Shown here: positions 44,334 to 54,217 of the stretch, in pieces
Numbering within the stretch: position 1 is the first letter of the stretch
How the letters are laid out: each line of letters begins with the position of its first letter
Source: a virus
DNA: 64,000 nucleotides
Virus record (IMG/VR): IMGVR_UViG_3300044490_000250
Location: 1 to 64,000 of that record
Strand: one strand, 5' to 3'
The notes under the pieces: generated by a model
The model's input: only the letters and a program-made list of their open reading frames with translations
The model's database searches: none
Told to the model about the DNA's origin: nothing
Translations under genes and position numbers: made by a program

Positions 44334-46124
44334 TCACTCCTCGTCGGCTGTCGCTGACGCCGAACGGATTTCCAGCGGGACGAACCTACCTGTCTCGATG
44401 CCAACGCGCGCCGCCTCGCGCAGGTTGTCCACGGTCACTAGGTCCCCGCGCGAGGCCTCGACAACGTTGCCCACGATCTTGCCGCCGACTGCCCCGTAGA
44501 CCGGACGCCCCTCGGTCAGGTTCTCCCACCAGGACGGAGAGGCCGGAGTCCACGGAGGGTCCGCGACCGGCCACATTTCCCAGCCGGACGAAATGAGCGT
44601 GTCGTCCATGTCGTACAGGCTGTAGGACTGCAGGGCCGAGGCAGGAATGGTCGTCCCCGAGAGATCAAGCACCGTATGCGGCAGCGGCTCGCTCACGTAC
44701 CCGTTCCCGAGGCTTGCATCTGCGAACTGGTACTGGTCCCCGCTGGACTCGTTCTGCATGTACGCGGGAGGCCCGCCGAGTTCTAGGTTCGGGTGAACCC
44801 CAGCGTTCCCCCACGGCAGCAGTCCCTCTGTGTAGGCGGGCTGGGGCGACCACGTCGCCGACCGGCAGACTCCAATCCGGAAGGTAATCTGCGGGTCCCA
44901 CACTTCTCCCGCGCTGAGGACCTGCGTTGTGACCGCGCACCCTCGGTCGTCGATAATCCGAATCTGCGTGACGCCGCCCGTCATCGAGACGGTGACCTCT
45001 CCGTTAGCGTCGGTAGTCCCGGCCTGCTCCCAGACGGAGGGGGTGCCGCGACGCTTCCAGACCGCCGCCCCGACCGCGCGGTCAGCCGAGCCATCCAGGT
45101 AGGCCCGCACGAGGATTACGCTGTCTGCGCTATGGTCTACCCAGGAGCCCAGCGCGACGGTTCCGGTCCCGCCGTTTGCGGCCAGCGTGGTAGACCCGCG
45201 CGGAACCTCCTTGGTCGTGTCAGTCGGGTGAAATGCGGCAACCGCGTACTCGCCCGGCGGCAGGCCAGTCAGCGTGCGCGACCCGCCAATCGGGATGGTA
45301 TGGGCCGCCCTCCGTTGTGCGCCCTCCCAGTAGGCGATGATCTGAGCCCCGACCGGGCCGGTTACGGTCAGCTCGCAGGAGGCCACGTTCAGCGTCGTGC
45401 TCGCTCCCTCGCTCACAGGCGCGGACTCCTGCAGGTACCAGACCTCTACCTCGGTTAGCAACCGTTCGGCATCCGGGCAGTCAGTCCAGCCGTCCGTCTC
45501 TGTTGACCTGTAGCCAAGCGCCCCGAACCCGCGCGGCACGATGATCGGCTGCAGTGTGCCAGTTGTCACATCCCACAGGACCCCGTCCACGTCCGTCTGG
45601 AAGCGCCCGGTCGCCGCGCCCCACGTCGCCCCCGCCTTGCTCGGGTACGCGGGCTGCCACCACGCATCGTGCGCCCCATCGGAGGTTGAGTAGGTGAACA
45701 CGAGATCGGCATACACGCCCGCCTCCAGCACCCCGCCCTTCTTGATCGTGATTTCCCCGGGAGCCCAACCCATTGTGAAGACCCCCGAGTCCTCGGCGGC
45801 GTACTCGGAGGCCTCGGCCCAGGTCCCCGCGACTCCGACAACCGACCGGCCCCAGCCCCACGGGGCCGGTCCGTCATCAAGGACGAGGCAGAACAGCGCA
45901 GGGTCGGCATCCTGCTGTAGGACGCCGACCCTGAACACAGCGTCTGATGCCGCAACGAGTGGGTAGTCGGTACCGTCAACCGTCGCCTTCAGGGCACGGA
46001 AGCTGAACGTGTTGCCGGCGTAGGTGACGGTGCCCCGCCCGTCCTCGTCGGTCGTGTTGGTGACGGCGCGGATGGTCCCGGCGGCGTCTGCGAAGTTGAG
46101 TTGATCCCCGATGTTGAGAGGCAT
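44334..46124 (-). CDS. Minor tail protein with Ig-like domains
   Basis: 596 aa; TDEDGRG, LTGLPPGEY, TTDANG motifs; follows the tape measure. Confidence 0.65.
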   Translation of the reverse strand: MPLNIGDQLNFADAAGTIRAVTNTTDEDGRGTVTYAGNTFSFRALKATVDGTDYPLVAASDAVFRVGVLQQDADPALFCLVLDDGPAPWGWGRSVVGVAGTWAEASEYAAEDSGVFTMGWAPGEITIKKGGVLEAGVYADLVFTYSTSDGAHDAWWQPAYPSKAGATWGAATGRFQTDVDGVLWDVTTGTLQPIIVPRGFGALGYRSTETDGWTDCPDAERLLTEVEVWYLQESAPVSEGASTTLNVASCELTVTGPVGAQIIAYWEGAQRRAAHTIPIGGSRTLTGLPPGEYAVAAFHPTDTTKEVPRGSTTLAANGGTGTVALGSWVDHSADSVILVRAYLDGSADRAVGAAVWKRRGTPSVWEQAGTTDANGEVTVSMTGGVTQIRIIDDRGCAVTTQVLSAGEVWDPQITFRIGVCRSATWSPQPAYTEGLLPWGNAGVHPNLELGGPPAYMQNESSGDQYQFADASLGNGYVSEPLPHTVLDLSGTTIPASALQSYSLYDMDDTLISSGWEMWPVADPPWTPASPSWWENLTEGRPVYGAVGGKIVGNVVEASRGDLVTVDNLREAARVGIETGRFVPLEIRSASATADEE

Positions 46125-46396
46125 CCTCTCATGTCCTCCCCGCTAGCCGCTCTCAGTGCGGCATCGCGGCGCGCTACATCGAAATGCTCACGACTCAGAC
46201 GGTGAACGCACTCCACGTGGACTCGAAGAGGTTCCTCGGCGCTGCTGCGATAGCCCCCGCACAAAGCGCATTGAATGTCCACCGCGGCCGTTGCATCCCG
46301 CTCCGCATTCCACGTCCCCACCAACACACCCGTCAGGAACAACACCCCGAACCACACCACATTGACCCGTACATACAACGGCTGGCCGCGACACAT
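45989..46396 (-). CDS. Moron-like membrane protein with own promoter
   Basis: AGGAGG RBS, TM segment, CxxC..HxxC; 3' end overlaps the next gene by about 135 nt. Confidence 0.5.
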   Translation of the reverse strand: MCRGQPLYVRVNVVWFGVLFLTGVLVGTWNAERDATAAVDIQCALCGGYRSSAEEPLRVHVECVHRLSREHFDVARRDAALRAASGEDMRGCLSTSGINSTSQTPPGPSAPSPTRPTRTGGAPSPTPATRSASVP

Positions 46397-46417
46397 GAGA
46401 GCCACCTCCTACTCGAC

Positions 46418-46446
46418 AGTATACCAGAAGCCGGCCCTCACTGCAA
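46418..46446 (-). promoter_or_regulatory. Sigma70-type promoter
   Basis: TTGCAG-N17-TATACT with extended TG. Confidence 0.6.
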
Positions 46447-46450
46447 GCGG

Positions 46451-49243
46451 CTACCTAGCGTGCTGGCGCAACGTCTGCACCGCCGACTGCGAGCCGCGGC
46501 GCGCTGCGGCCTCGACGGCCGCAGGGTCAGTGGCGCCACGCGCGTCCACGTTGATGACGACCGGCCCCTGCGTCTCTCGCAAGTGCTCCTGCAGCGCCTC
46601 CAAGGAGCGCGCGCGGGACGACGACTCAGGAGGCACCCCCATCCACTCCTCGGTGCTCTCGATGACCCTCGCGGCGCTCGCACCCTCCTCGTAGTTGCTG
46701 TTGCCCCAGCCGAAGTTGTTCTGATCGAGCGCCTTACGCGCGGCAGCCATCCGCGCGTTCTGGCGGGCGATGACGCCGCCGCCCGTCGTCGCGATCCGCC
46801 GCCCCCAGCCCCTGTCCCGTCGAACGTAGTTCTGGTGGGCGGTGTCTATACCCCCCAGCGCCATGAGCCACCCTACCTGCCCCGCGTTCATCCCATAAGA
46901 CGACGCCGCGATCTGCTCGTTGCGCGCCTGGATTTCCGCGTCTCGCTCCTGCCACCCCGCAGCGCGCGGCCCTCCCTGCATCCCCCAGAACTGGCTGCTA
47001 CGCCAGCGCGGGTTGTACACCCCCGCGGGGACCCCGGAGGGCAGCGCCGCGCCTCCAACACCATCCCCGCTGATGCCGGCGTCGGCCAGCGCCGCCTTAG
47101 TGCCTTGGTACGTCCCGCGCTCGACGCTCCCCTCCACCCGATCGTAGTAGTCCAGGTCGGAGGTTGGCACTGCGCCCATGACGCCCTTGCCGAAGAACGC
47201 CGCACTCCGGCCCCCAGGAACCACCCCCTCAGCCAACCCAGCATCGAGGGTAGACCCAAGCGCCGTCTTACTCTTCCGCCAACCCGCGTACTGCTGCAGG
47301 CTCATGTAGGACGGCGACTCGGTGGCCCTGAAGCCAACCGCCCTCCCAGTGGCGTCCCGCACCGTCGTGATGTTTTGCTGCAGTGACGCGTTGACCTCGG
47401 TAAGCATCTTTTCCAAGGACCCGCTCAGGTCGTCCAGGCTTTTCGCCGTGGTCTGCAGGTCACGGCTTGTGATACCCCCGGTGTCCCGTGCCCACTGCAT
47501 CCCCGTCTGCGCCGCCGCCGCTGATGGTCCGACACTGATGCCAGCCGCCAGCAGCAACGCCCGTTTCATCGGCTGCTTCCCTGGCTCGGCTGTCAACGTG
47601 TCCGTGGCGCGGAGGATCATCCCCCAGACGGACAGAACGACCTTCGTCAGTCCCTGGAACAAGTTCAGCAGGTTGGGCAGCAGCGCGGTCAGCACCGGCA
47701 CCACTTCGGTGATGGCGGCCGCGATCTTGTCAGAGGCGGTCAGCAAGTTCAGCGCGATCGCGTACACTGCATCAACGCCACCCAGTCGGTCGTACAGCGT
47801 CACTGCCCGATCGTAGATGCTGTAGAAGGCATTGATCCCGGCGGTGACAATGTACGGGGCCCGCTCTAGCAAATCCAGCACAAGCGGCTGCAGCTTCTGG
47901 TAGGCGGCAGTGATGGTGTTGGCCCAGGTATTGGTTAGCTGATCCTTCTCCAGTTGATCGAACAGCGCCATCGCCGCCTTGACCGCCCCGCCCACTACGT
48001 CGGTGATCCCGGTCTCCTTGAGCGTCAAGGCGAACCGCAACCACAAGTCCTCGATGTTGGTCATCAGCTGTTCGAGGTTGTTGGCCATCCGCTCGGTGGC
48101 ACTGCCGAAGTTCGCTTCAACGTAGCGCACCGCCGCCAGCAGGTTCTTCTCACGCACCCCCGGGGACGACTCCAGCCCTCCAGTGTTGGGCCGCAACGTG
48201 GCCCCGAACGGCACCAGCTGCGGCGCCCGAATGCCAAAGCGTCGGGTGAAGATGTCCATGCGGCCTGCGTACACACCCTGCAGGCCCTTGACGGCCGTCT
48301 CCACGTCCACCTTGAACGTGACCGCGAGGTCGCTCGCCGCCTTGAACGCCCGGTTGATGTCCCCCAGCGCGCCCGACACACCGCTAGCCTTCAGACGGAT
48401 GAACGCGGAGATCATGTCATCGATGGTGTACGGAACCTTCTGCGCCCACTCCACGATGTTCTTCAGCATGACGGGCGCTTGGTCGCGGAACACAGCCTCC
48501 AGCCGACTCTGCAGCGACTCCAAACTGGCGGCTTGCTGCACCATGCTCACCGTCGCCTCGGCCAGCTTGGCACCCACACCTACGATGCTCTGCAGGATGC
48601 GAGACCAGTATTCATGGATGGTGCGGCTCAGACGCAGGAACATGAGACCGCCCAGCACCAGCGTACCCTGGATGCTCTGAGCAATCGCAGCCACGCCCTG
48701 CAGCGCACTCAGCCCAAGACCAATCGGCGCGGCGAACCGAGCCGCGAAGCCTCCTGCTCCTCCCAGCATACCACCCCGCGCTTGCAGCCCTGTTCCCCAC
48801 GTTCGAATGGATTGGACGGTGGGCGTGTTCGCAGCAACACCGAGCATCCCTCGCAGGGTCGGTGCCTCCCCCCTCATCCGCGCGGCCTGGAGGTAGGCCG
48901 CCACGCGCCGAGTGGCGCTCGCCGCGTTTTCCATCTGCCGCGCCAGCCGCGCTGCCTGCGCCGCCTGTCGTTGCGTCTCGGCGGATAGCGTCTTGCTGGC
49001 CTTCACCTGCTCGTTCTGCACCCTGAGGACATCCCGTGCGGCCTGCGCTTGCTTCGCGGTTGCCGCGGCGGCAGCGCGTGCGTTGGTTGCCACCGAACCG
49101 TCCGCGCGCACACCACTTCCCATCGTGTGTGCCGTGCGCTGAGCCAACCCCTCCAGGCGGTTCACGGCAGCCAGCAACTGAGCACTCAAGCCGCCGTCAA
49201 TAGTCAAACCAAGGGTCTTGTTGAAGTCACCAGCGAACTCCAT
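46451..49243 (-). CDS. Tape measure protein
   Basis: About 930 aa, Ala-rich helical; WAQKVPYTI, FGSATERMA..L.Q..TNIED; C-terminal VVINVDARGA. Confidence 0.88.
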   Translation of the reverse strand: MEFAGDFNKTLGLTIDGGLSAQLLAAVNRLEGLAQRTAHTMGSGVRADGSVATNARAAAAATAKQAQAARDVLRVQNEQVKASKTLSAETQRQAAQAARLARQMENAASATRRVAAYLQAARMRGEAPTLRGMLGVAANTPTVQSIRTWGTGLQARGGMLGGAGGFAARFAAPIGLGLSALQGVAAIAQSIQGTLVLGGLMFLRLSRTIHEYWSRILQSIVGVGAKLAEATVSMVQQAASLESLQSRLEAVFRDQAPVMLKNIVEWAQKVPYTIDDMISAFIRLKASGVSGALGDINRAFKAASDLAVTFKVDVETAVKGLQGVYAGRMDIFTRRFGIRAPQLVPFGATLRPNTGGLESSPGVREKNLLAAVRYVEANFGSATERMANNLEQLMTNIEDLWLRFALTLKETGITDVVGGAVKAAMALFDQLEKDQLTNTWANTITAAYQKLQPLVLDLLERAPYIVTAGINAFYSIYDRAVTLYDRLGGVDAVYAIALNLLTASDKIAAAITEVVPVLTALLPNLLNLFQGLTKVVLSVWGMILRATDTLTAEPGKQPMKRALLLAAGISVGPSAAAAQTGMQWARDTGGITSRDLQTTAKSLDDLSGSLEKMLTEVNASLQQNITTVRDATGRAVGFRATESPSYMSLQQYAGWRKSKTALGSTLDAGLAEGVVPGGRSAAFFGKGVMGAVPTSDLDYYDRVEGSVERGTYQGTKAALADAGISGDGVGGAALPSGVPAGVYNPRWRSSQFWGMQGGPRAAGWQERDAEIQARNEQIAASSYGMNAGQVGWLMALGGIDTAHQNYVRRDRGWGRRIATTGGGVIARQNARMAAARKALDQNNFGWGNSNYEEGASAARVIESTEEWMGVPPESSSRARSLEALQEHLRETQGPVVINVDARGATDPAAVEAAARRGSQSAVQTLRQHAR

Positions 49244-49857
49244 CACACCCTCCAAACTTGGACGCCGATCGTCTCGTAGGCCGCGCCCAGCAGGTCCTCA
49301 GCCAAGCTGTGCACGGTGTCGAACGCCCAGTGGTGAGGTTGGACCTGTACGTTGATCCACGGAGGACGCCCACCCTTGGCCGGGCCCCCCGCCCTCCGCA
49401 GGGCTTGGCGTAGCGTCGGGATGTCGGCTGTGTCTGCCGTGGACCCCAGCACGAGGCGCGCCAACTTGTGCCGCACCGTGTTGGTTCGCATGTTCCACAG
49501 CCACACCCGGTGCGCCGCCGTCCCCGTGTGCACCCCCGCCGGAATGTTGAAGGGCACAGGGCCGTCCACGGACTCGCTGCGGTCCTGCATGATCGAGCTG
49601 CCCACTCGCGCCCGCAGCCACGACCCCCCGCCGAAGTTCCCTACCTCCAGCCGCTGCGTACCCCAGTCGTCCCCCATGTGCGGGTCGCCGGTGTTGGAAC
49701 GCGGAGCGGCTCGCCTGACCCGCTCGTTGAAGCGGTCAATGGCGAGCCGCGCACGCGACTGCATCAACGTTGAGCCCAGGGCTGTCTCAAGGCGGGAACG
49801 CAGATTCCGCAACCACGACGCGGACGCCTCGTCCCACCTGACCTGGAGGTGAAGCAT
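49243..49857 (-). CDS. Tail completion / HK97 gp10-like protein
   Basis: Basic; AAPRS, VHTGT, VQPHHW; tail-module position. Confidence 0.5.
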   Translation of the reverse strand: MLHLQVRWDEASASWLRNLRSRLETALGSTLMQSRARLAIDRFNERVRRAAPRSNTGDPHMGDDWGTQRLEVGNFGGGSWLRARVGSSIMQDRSESVDGPVPFNIPAGVHTGTAAHRVWLWNMRTNTVRHKLARLVLGSTADTADIPTLRQALRRAGGPAKGGRPPWINVQVQPHHWAFDTVHSLAEDLLGAAYETIGVQVWRV

Positions 49858-50288
49858 CAGGAACCCTCGTCGTCCGCGTCCAGCTTATCCGACTGGCCCT
49901 GTTGGTACGCCAACCACAGCCGCACACGCCACCACGCCTGCTTAGCCCACGGCCTCCCGTTCGGCGTGACTCCGGTGTCGAAGAAGATCGTACTCGCCAA
50001 GCACTCGTTCGACGCCAGCCGGCAGAGCTCGTAGACCCACAGCGGCGGTTCGTACTGCAGCTCGTCCCCGTCATTCCAAGTCACTCGCCACTGCAGGCCC
50101 TCCTGCTCGACCGTAGGCTCGACATCCCAGCGGTGCTTGAGGTACACCTCGTAAGCACGGTCGGACGTGAAGTCCTCTCGGCGGTGACGGTTGGGGCGTA
50201 GGTGCTCAAACAATGATCGGGCGTTAGCCGCGACAAAGCAGGTTACTGGGTCTCTTCGCTGCTTGCCGACGGCTCGGACGAGTTTCCC
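49857..50288 (-). CDS. Tail assembly chaperone, -1 frameshift extension (gpT-like)
   Basis: The -1 frame is open from slippery G GGA AAC (50288-50282) to the stop at 49857. Confidence 0.8.
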   Translation of the reverse strand, partial: GKLVRAVGKQRRDPVTCFVAANARSLFEHLRPNRHRREDFTSDRAYEVYLKHRWDVEPTVEQEGLQWRVTWNDGDELQYEPPLWVYELCRLASNECLASTIFFDTGVTPNGRPWAKQAWWRVRLWLAYQQGQSDKLDADDEGS

Positions 50289-50800
50289 GCGGAGTCCACC
50301 AAGTCATTGACCTCGGTCTGCCCGCTGATCCCCAACGCGGCGTCGATCGTTGCGAACGCCGCGCCAGCGATGCCCTGGTCGAGCTGGCTGTTCAGCAGCT
50401 CCTCCGCCTTCTCCTTGCCCACCTTCAGCACGTCGCAGTGGACCGCCACCACCTCGTCGTTCCCGTCCTCGCCCGTGCGCTTCGCCGGCAGCCGCCACCC
50501 CAACAGCAGCCCATGTCGGATCATCAGTTGCAGTGACGTAACCGGCCGGCTCTGAACATGGAGGCGCCCCGCGTCGTCCCGCATGTGCTGAAGCGTCGCC
50601 AGTCGGATCAGCTCCTTGATGTCACAGTCCGCGTCCCGCACCCTCACGTGGAAGGAACCACTCACGCCCGGCACGGTGCTGATGTCCACCAAGGTGTCAC
50701 TCCCGGCCACCCCCGTCTTCAACGGCAGGTCCTCTGGATCGTCGGTCCGCAACCGCCGCGCCATGCTCAGTACCAACTTCAGCTTATCTTGATCTGTCAT
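50243..50800 (-). CDS. Tail assembly chaperone (gpG-like)
   Basis: Between tail tube and tape measure; ends ...AGNSSEPSASSEETQ. Confidence 0.8.
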   Translation of the reverse strand: MTDQDKLKLVLSMARRLRTDDPEDLPLKTGVAGSDTLVDISTVPGVSGSFHVRVRDADCDIKELIRLATLQHMRDDAGRLHVQSRPVTSLQLMIRHGLLLGWRLPAKRTGEDGNDEVVAVHCDVLKVGKEKAEELLNSQLDQGIAGAAFATIDAALGISGQTEVNDLVDSAGNSSEPSASSEETQ

Positions 50801-51089
50801 CTGTGGTCTCCCGGTACGCGCGGTGCATCGCGTACATATTGTCGAGCAGCGCCCGTCTAGTCTGCTCGTACTGGCTGATCTCAACCAACGCCTGTCCGCT
50901 GCGCCACACTTCCAGCAGCGCGTGCAGCGAACGAGTGCAACAACTCACATCGATGGTGAACATCGAGCGCAGTTGCGGCCCGCGCCCGGGGCGCGTCTCG
51001 ATGTTCGTGCAAGACGCGCCCTCTTGGTACAGCAACCACGTCGCCAAGTGCAAGTTGGGCGTGGTGAGCACGGAAGTCTGATCTAGCAT
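50784..51089 (-). CDS. DUF5659-like small protein
   Basis: TTPNLHLATWL..V..SQY..TRR.L pattern. Confidence 0.5.
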   Translation of the reverse strand: MLDQTSVLTTPNLHLATWLLYQEGASCTNIETRPGRGPQLRSMFTIDVSCCTRSLHALLEVWRSGQALVEISQYEQTRRALLDNMYAMHRAYRETTDDRSR

Positions 51090-51102
51090 GATGGACCGCC
51101 TA

Positions 51103-52071
51103 TCAGGAGACATCCCACGAAATCGGGTCAGTGGTGCCGTCCACGCTCCGCAGAGCACTCGCCCGCATCGTCTCGGGGATCACACTGTCCGACCCGCCAG
51201 GGTAGCTACGCGGGTGCTCGTTCAGGACCACACACGGCAGCGTGATCGTCAGGGTGCTCGTCCCCGTGATGATGAACTTAAACCCCAGGCTCGGAGTGGT
51301 CCCGTCCCCCTCCCGGTACGCGACGCTCCGCAGATGCGCCTTGTACTCCGTGAAGAACGCATCCGTGAGGTACTTGCGGTCCAGGTCCAGCGTCGCCCGG
51401 AACCCACCGCGCGCGAAGATGTACGACGGGCTGAGGCTGCCGGCGCACGTGAACCCGTCACCCACATCCTCCAGCATGTTGTCGTGCACGATGGTCGCCG
51501 TCTTGAAGGTCGTGTCGTCGGCGTAGGCGCCCCCAGCCCACGAGGTCTGCACCGAGGCAGCATCGAAGTTGTAGGGGACCCCGAGATCGGTGATCGCCGG
51601 GGCCGACACTCCGTGCCCCACGTTCTCCTCACGGCCCAACAGGCTCAGCGTGTAGTGCACCGGCTCCCGCGTGCGAATCTCCAGCTGGGCCTGCCTCACC
51701 GCCACATCGCTCCAACCCTCCACCTCGTAGGCCCCGTCAACCATCCGAACGACGTACACAGACGCGTAGGTCGGCTGGTTGTAGGCGTCGCGATCCGCGA
51801 TCCACGAGACCAAGTCCTCCAGCGCCGTCTCATCCGCGTACAGCGGCCCGCCAACGTCTCCCTCGCCCCAGTCCCCGGTGCTCGTCGCCTCGCTCGGCGA
51901 CTCACGGCCGTCGCTGACGTTCAGCAGCTCCAGCTGCCCGGCGTGACCATACGTGAGGTTGCCGTCATACGGCATCCAGTTGATGTCACCCTCTGTCTCG
52001 TTGGGCGTGCCGAAGGCTGACTGTAGGGCGAAGCCCCATCTCGTATGCTTGCTCATCGTCGGGATAGGCAT
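51103..52071 (-). CDS. Major tail tube protein
   Basis: GGAGG RBS; GFALQSAFGTP; beta-rich 322 aa; precedes the chaperones. Confidence 0.75.
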   Translation of the reverse strand: MPIPTMSKHTRWGFALQSAFGTPNETEGDINWMPYDGNLTYGHAGQLELLNVSDGRESPSEATSTGDWGEGDVGGPLYADETALEDLVSWIADRDAYNQPTYASVYVVRMVDGAYEVEGWSDVAVRQAQLEIRTREPVHYTLSLLGREENVGHGVSAPAITDLGVPYNFDAASVQTSWAGGAYADDTTFKTATIVHDNMLEDVGDGFTCAGSLSPSYIFARGGFRATLDLDRKYLTDAFFTEYKAHLRSVAYREGDGTTPSLGFKFIITGTSTLTITLPCVVLNEHPRSYPGGSDSVIPETMRASALRSVDGTTDPISWDVS

Positions 52072-52083
52072 GGTCCGTACCTC

Positions 52084-52854
52084 CTAGACCCACAGGGCCT
52101 TCGGGTTGACACGACTCAAACGCCCCCATACCTCGAAGCGACCGATGTCAAACGGGCCGCCTGGGCTGTCCTGGGGCACCAACCTCTTCGCTCCACGGAC
52201 GAAGCACTCATCCAGCTCTCCGCCGCAGCGGGAGTCCTCTTCGATCTGGTTGAGCACCGACTGGAAGTCCGTAACGAAGCCTTCCACCAAGTCCTCATGC
52301 GGGACACGCAGACGGTAGTAGTGCCCCTCCCAGATGTAGTAGTACGACCAGTTGCCGGCGCCATCGTGGTCGTGCCGCACCTCCGGCGCGTTGAACCACA
52401 CCGCCGGAAACTTGAGCGTCCCAGGGTCGGCCGCCGGTAGCGTCTGGTCGTGCTGCACCACCTTCAAGTCCTCCACTGCCGCCGGCAGCACCTGCCACGT
52501 CACGTAGGCCCCTCGATCCACGGTGTACTCCAGCGACGCCGGCTCAGTCAACGTGAGGTTCAGCGGCCAAGCGTGCACCTCTTCGATCTCTACGTCCTCC
52601 TCGTGGTCCACCGACAGCCCGTCCGCTGACGGCTCCACGAGTTTGAGGTTCAAGCTGTTGCCGCGAAACATCCCAGTGCCCTGCAGCCCGTCGTTGGTCA
52701 CCTCGTTCGTGGGGCGCCCCACTGGGATCGTCAGCCCGCCGGTGTAGTCAGACTTCAGCAGCACCCGCCCCTGCACCAGCGCCCTCAACGCCTTCATCGG
52801 GCCCACCAGCGCCCAGGTCGTCTGAAACTGCACGCCCGCCAGATCGTCGCTCAT
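52084..52854 (-). CDS. Tail terminator-like protein
   Basis: FPAVWF motif; position in the module. Confidence 0.5.
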   Translation of the reverse strand: MSDDLAGVQFQTTWALVGPMKALRALVQGRVLLKSDYTGGLTIPVGRPTNEVTNDGLQGTGMFRGNSLNLKLVEPSADGLSVDHEEDVEIEEVHAWPLNLTLTEPASLEYTVDRGAYVTWQVLPAAVEDLKVVQHDQTLPAADPGTLKFPAVWFNAPEVRHDHDGAGNWSYYYIWEGHYYRLRVPHEDLVEGFVTDFQSVLNQIEEDSRCGGELDECFVRGAKRLVPQDSPGGPFDIGRFEVWGRLSRVNPKALWV

Positions 52855-53432
52855 GTAGGCCACCACCCCGGCTGCTGACGCACCCGCACCTGGAGCGGCC
52901 CGTGCCACCCCTGGGGGCGCACGGTCGTCTCGGCCAGCCACAGCGTCTTGCACTCCACGAGCGTGTCCTCCGCAGCCGCAACCTCCAACGCCTGATCGGC
53001 GTACAGCCCCAGCACATCGTCCTCCGCGCTGGCTATCCGCACCATCTGCCCGTCCGTGTCCAGCACACACTGGTCGCCGGGCTCAAACCCTACGGAGGTG
53101 TCCACCGTCAACGACGTGGCCCCGATAGAGGCACTGGCAGCCAACCGGGCAGTCACCGTCTCGCGCACGCCGCCAACCGTCCGTAGCTTCCACGTGACAA
53201 TCGCGTAGCCCCGGTCGACATCCTGCCCCCGCGGGAGCCTCAGGTTCGCCAGCACGACGTTCGTGGTCTCGGCAACAAACTGAGTGGCCTCGTCCACTGG
53301 CATCAGGCGACATGGGACATCCTCATCAGTCGTAGCTTCGAACGACGACGCACGAAACGAGTGCCCCTCGTCCAACCTCTGGATCGGACGGTAGATGCGG
53401 CACATCGCGTTTCGGTCGCCGAACCATCCCAT
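52851..53432 (-). CDS. Head closure/stopper-like protein
   Basis: CRIYR, VPCRL; position in the module. Confidence 0.5.
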   Translation of the reverse strand: MGWFGDRNAMCRIYRPIQRLDEGHSFRASSFEATTDEDVPCRLMPVDEATQFVAETTNVVLANLRLPRGQDVDRGYAIVTWKLRTVGGVRETVTARLAASASIGATSLTVDTSVGFEPGDQCVLDTDGQMVRIASAEDDVLGLYADQALEVAAAEDTLVECKTLWLAETTVRPQGWHGPLQVRVRQQPGWWPT

Positions 53433-54217
53433 CAGGTTGCCAACTCCGGGTCAACCAGCGCCGCCCTCACACGAGGCGCGCGGTTCTGGCACAGACTCAC
53501 AGCCGTGGTGTAGCAGTGCCGAACGAACCGGCTGTACCGACTCTCGGTCGCCTTCTGCGTCACCCGCATGTCGCCCATCTGGATGTTGATGTCCCCGCCT
53601 GCGAGATCGTCGTCGGTGTTGCTGTCGAACGCCTCCGCAAACGGGATGATGTAGGCGCAGACGAACAACGCCGCAGCGGTGGCGATGTTGGCGGGGACCT
53701 CTTCGTACCCCCAGGTCATCGTCACCGCCACATTGAGGAACCCATGCGGGAACAGCGGACCGCCCCGACGCAAGGTCGGGTAGGCATCGGTGAGTGTCAG
53801 CTCCCCGGTGTAGATCAGCCAACCGTCGCCCGTCACGTAGTAGGCATCGTCAGACACCGTCACGTCATCCACCACCAGCGCGGTGACCTCGATGATCCGC
53901 TTCGCCGGTATCCCAAAGTCCTTGAGGTCCAGCCGGTCCGTGCCGGCGCCGTTGATGTAGAGCGTCTCCTCCTCGTAGTACCCAAACCCCTGCTTGGCCG
54001 TCTGCCGCACCTTCTCAGCCGCCACGGGCAACCAGAGATCGATCAGCGCGTTGCGGGCCGCCTCGTCACCGAGGTTCGCTAGCGGGTCGCCGTCGCCGCC
54101 GCCCACCACCGTCCCCCGGTTGATCCCGGCCAGCAACTGCAGCACCGCGTCGCGCGTGCAGTAGGTCTCATCCTCGTCGACCAGCTGGCTCGCGTGTGTC
54201 AGTTTCGGAGTCGCCAT
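53432..54217 (-). CDS. Head-tail connector (adaptor) protein
   Basis: YCTRD.V, NVAVTMTWGYEEVPANIATA. Confidence 0.7.
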   Translation of the reverse strand: MATPKLTHASQLVDEDETYCTRDAVLQLLAGINRGTVVGGGDGDPLANLGDEAARNALIDLWLPVAAEKVRQTAKQGFGYYEEETLYINGAGTDRLDLKDFGIPAKRIIEVTALVVDDVTVSDDAYYVTGDGWLIYTGELTLTDAYPTLRRGGPLFPHGFLNVAVTMTWGYEEVPANIATAAALFVCAYIIPFAEAFDSNTDDDLAGGDINIQMGDMRVTQKATESRYSRFVRHCYTTAVSLCQNRAPRVRAALVDPELAT

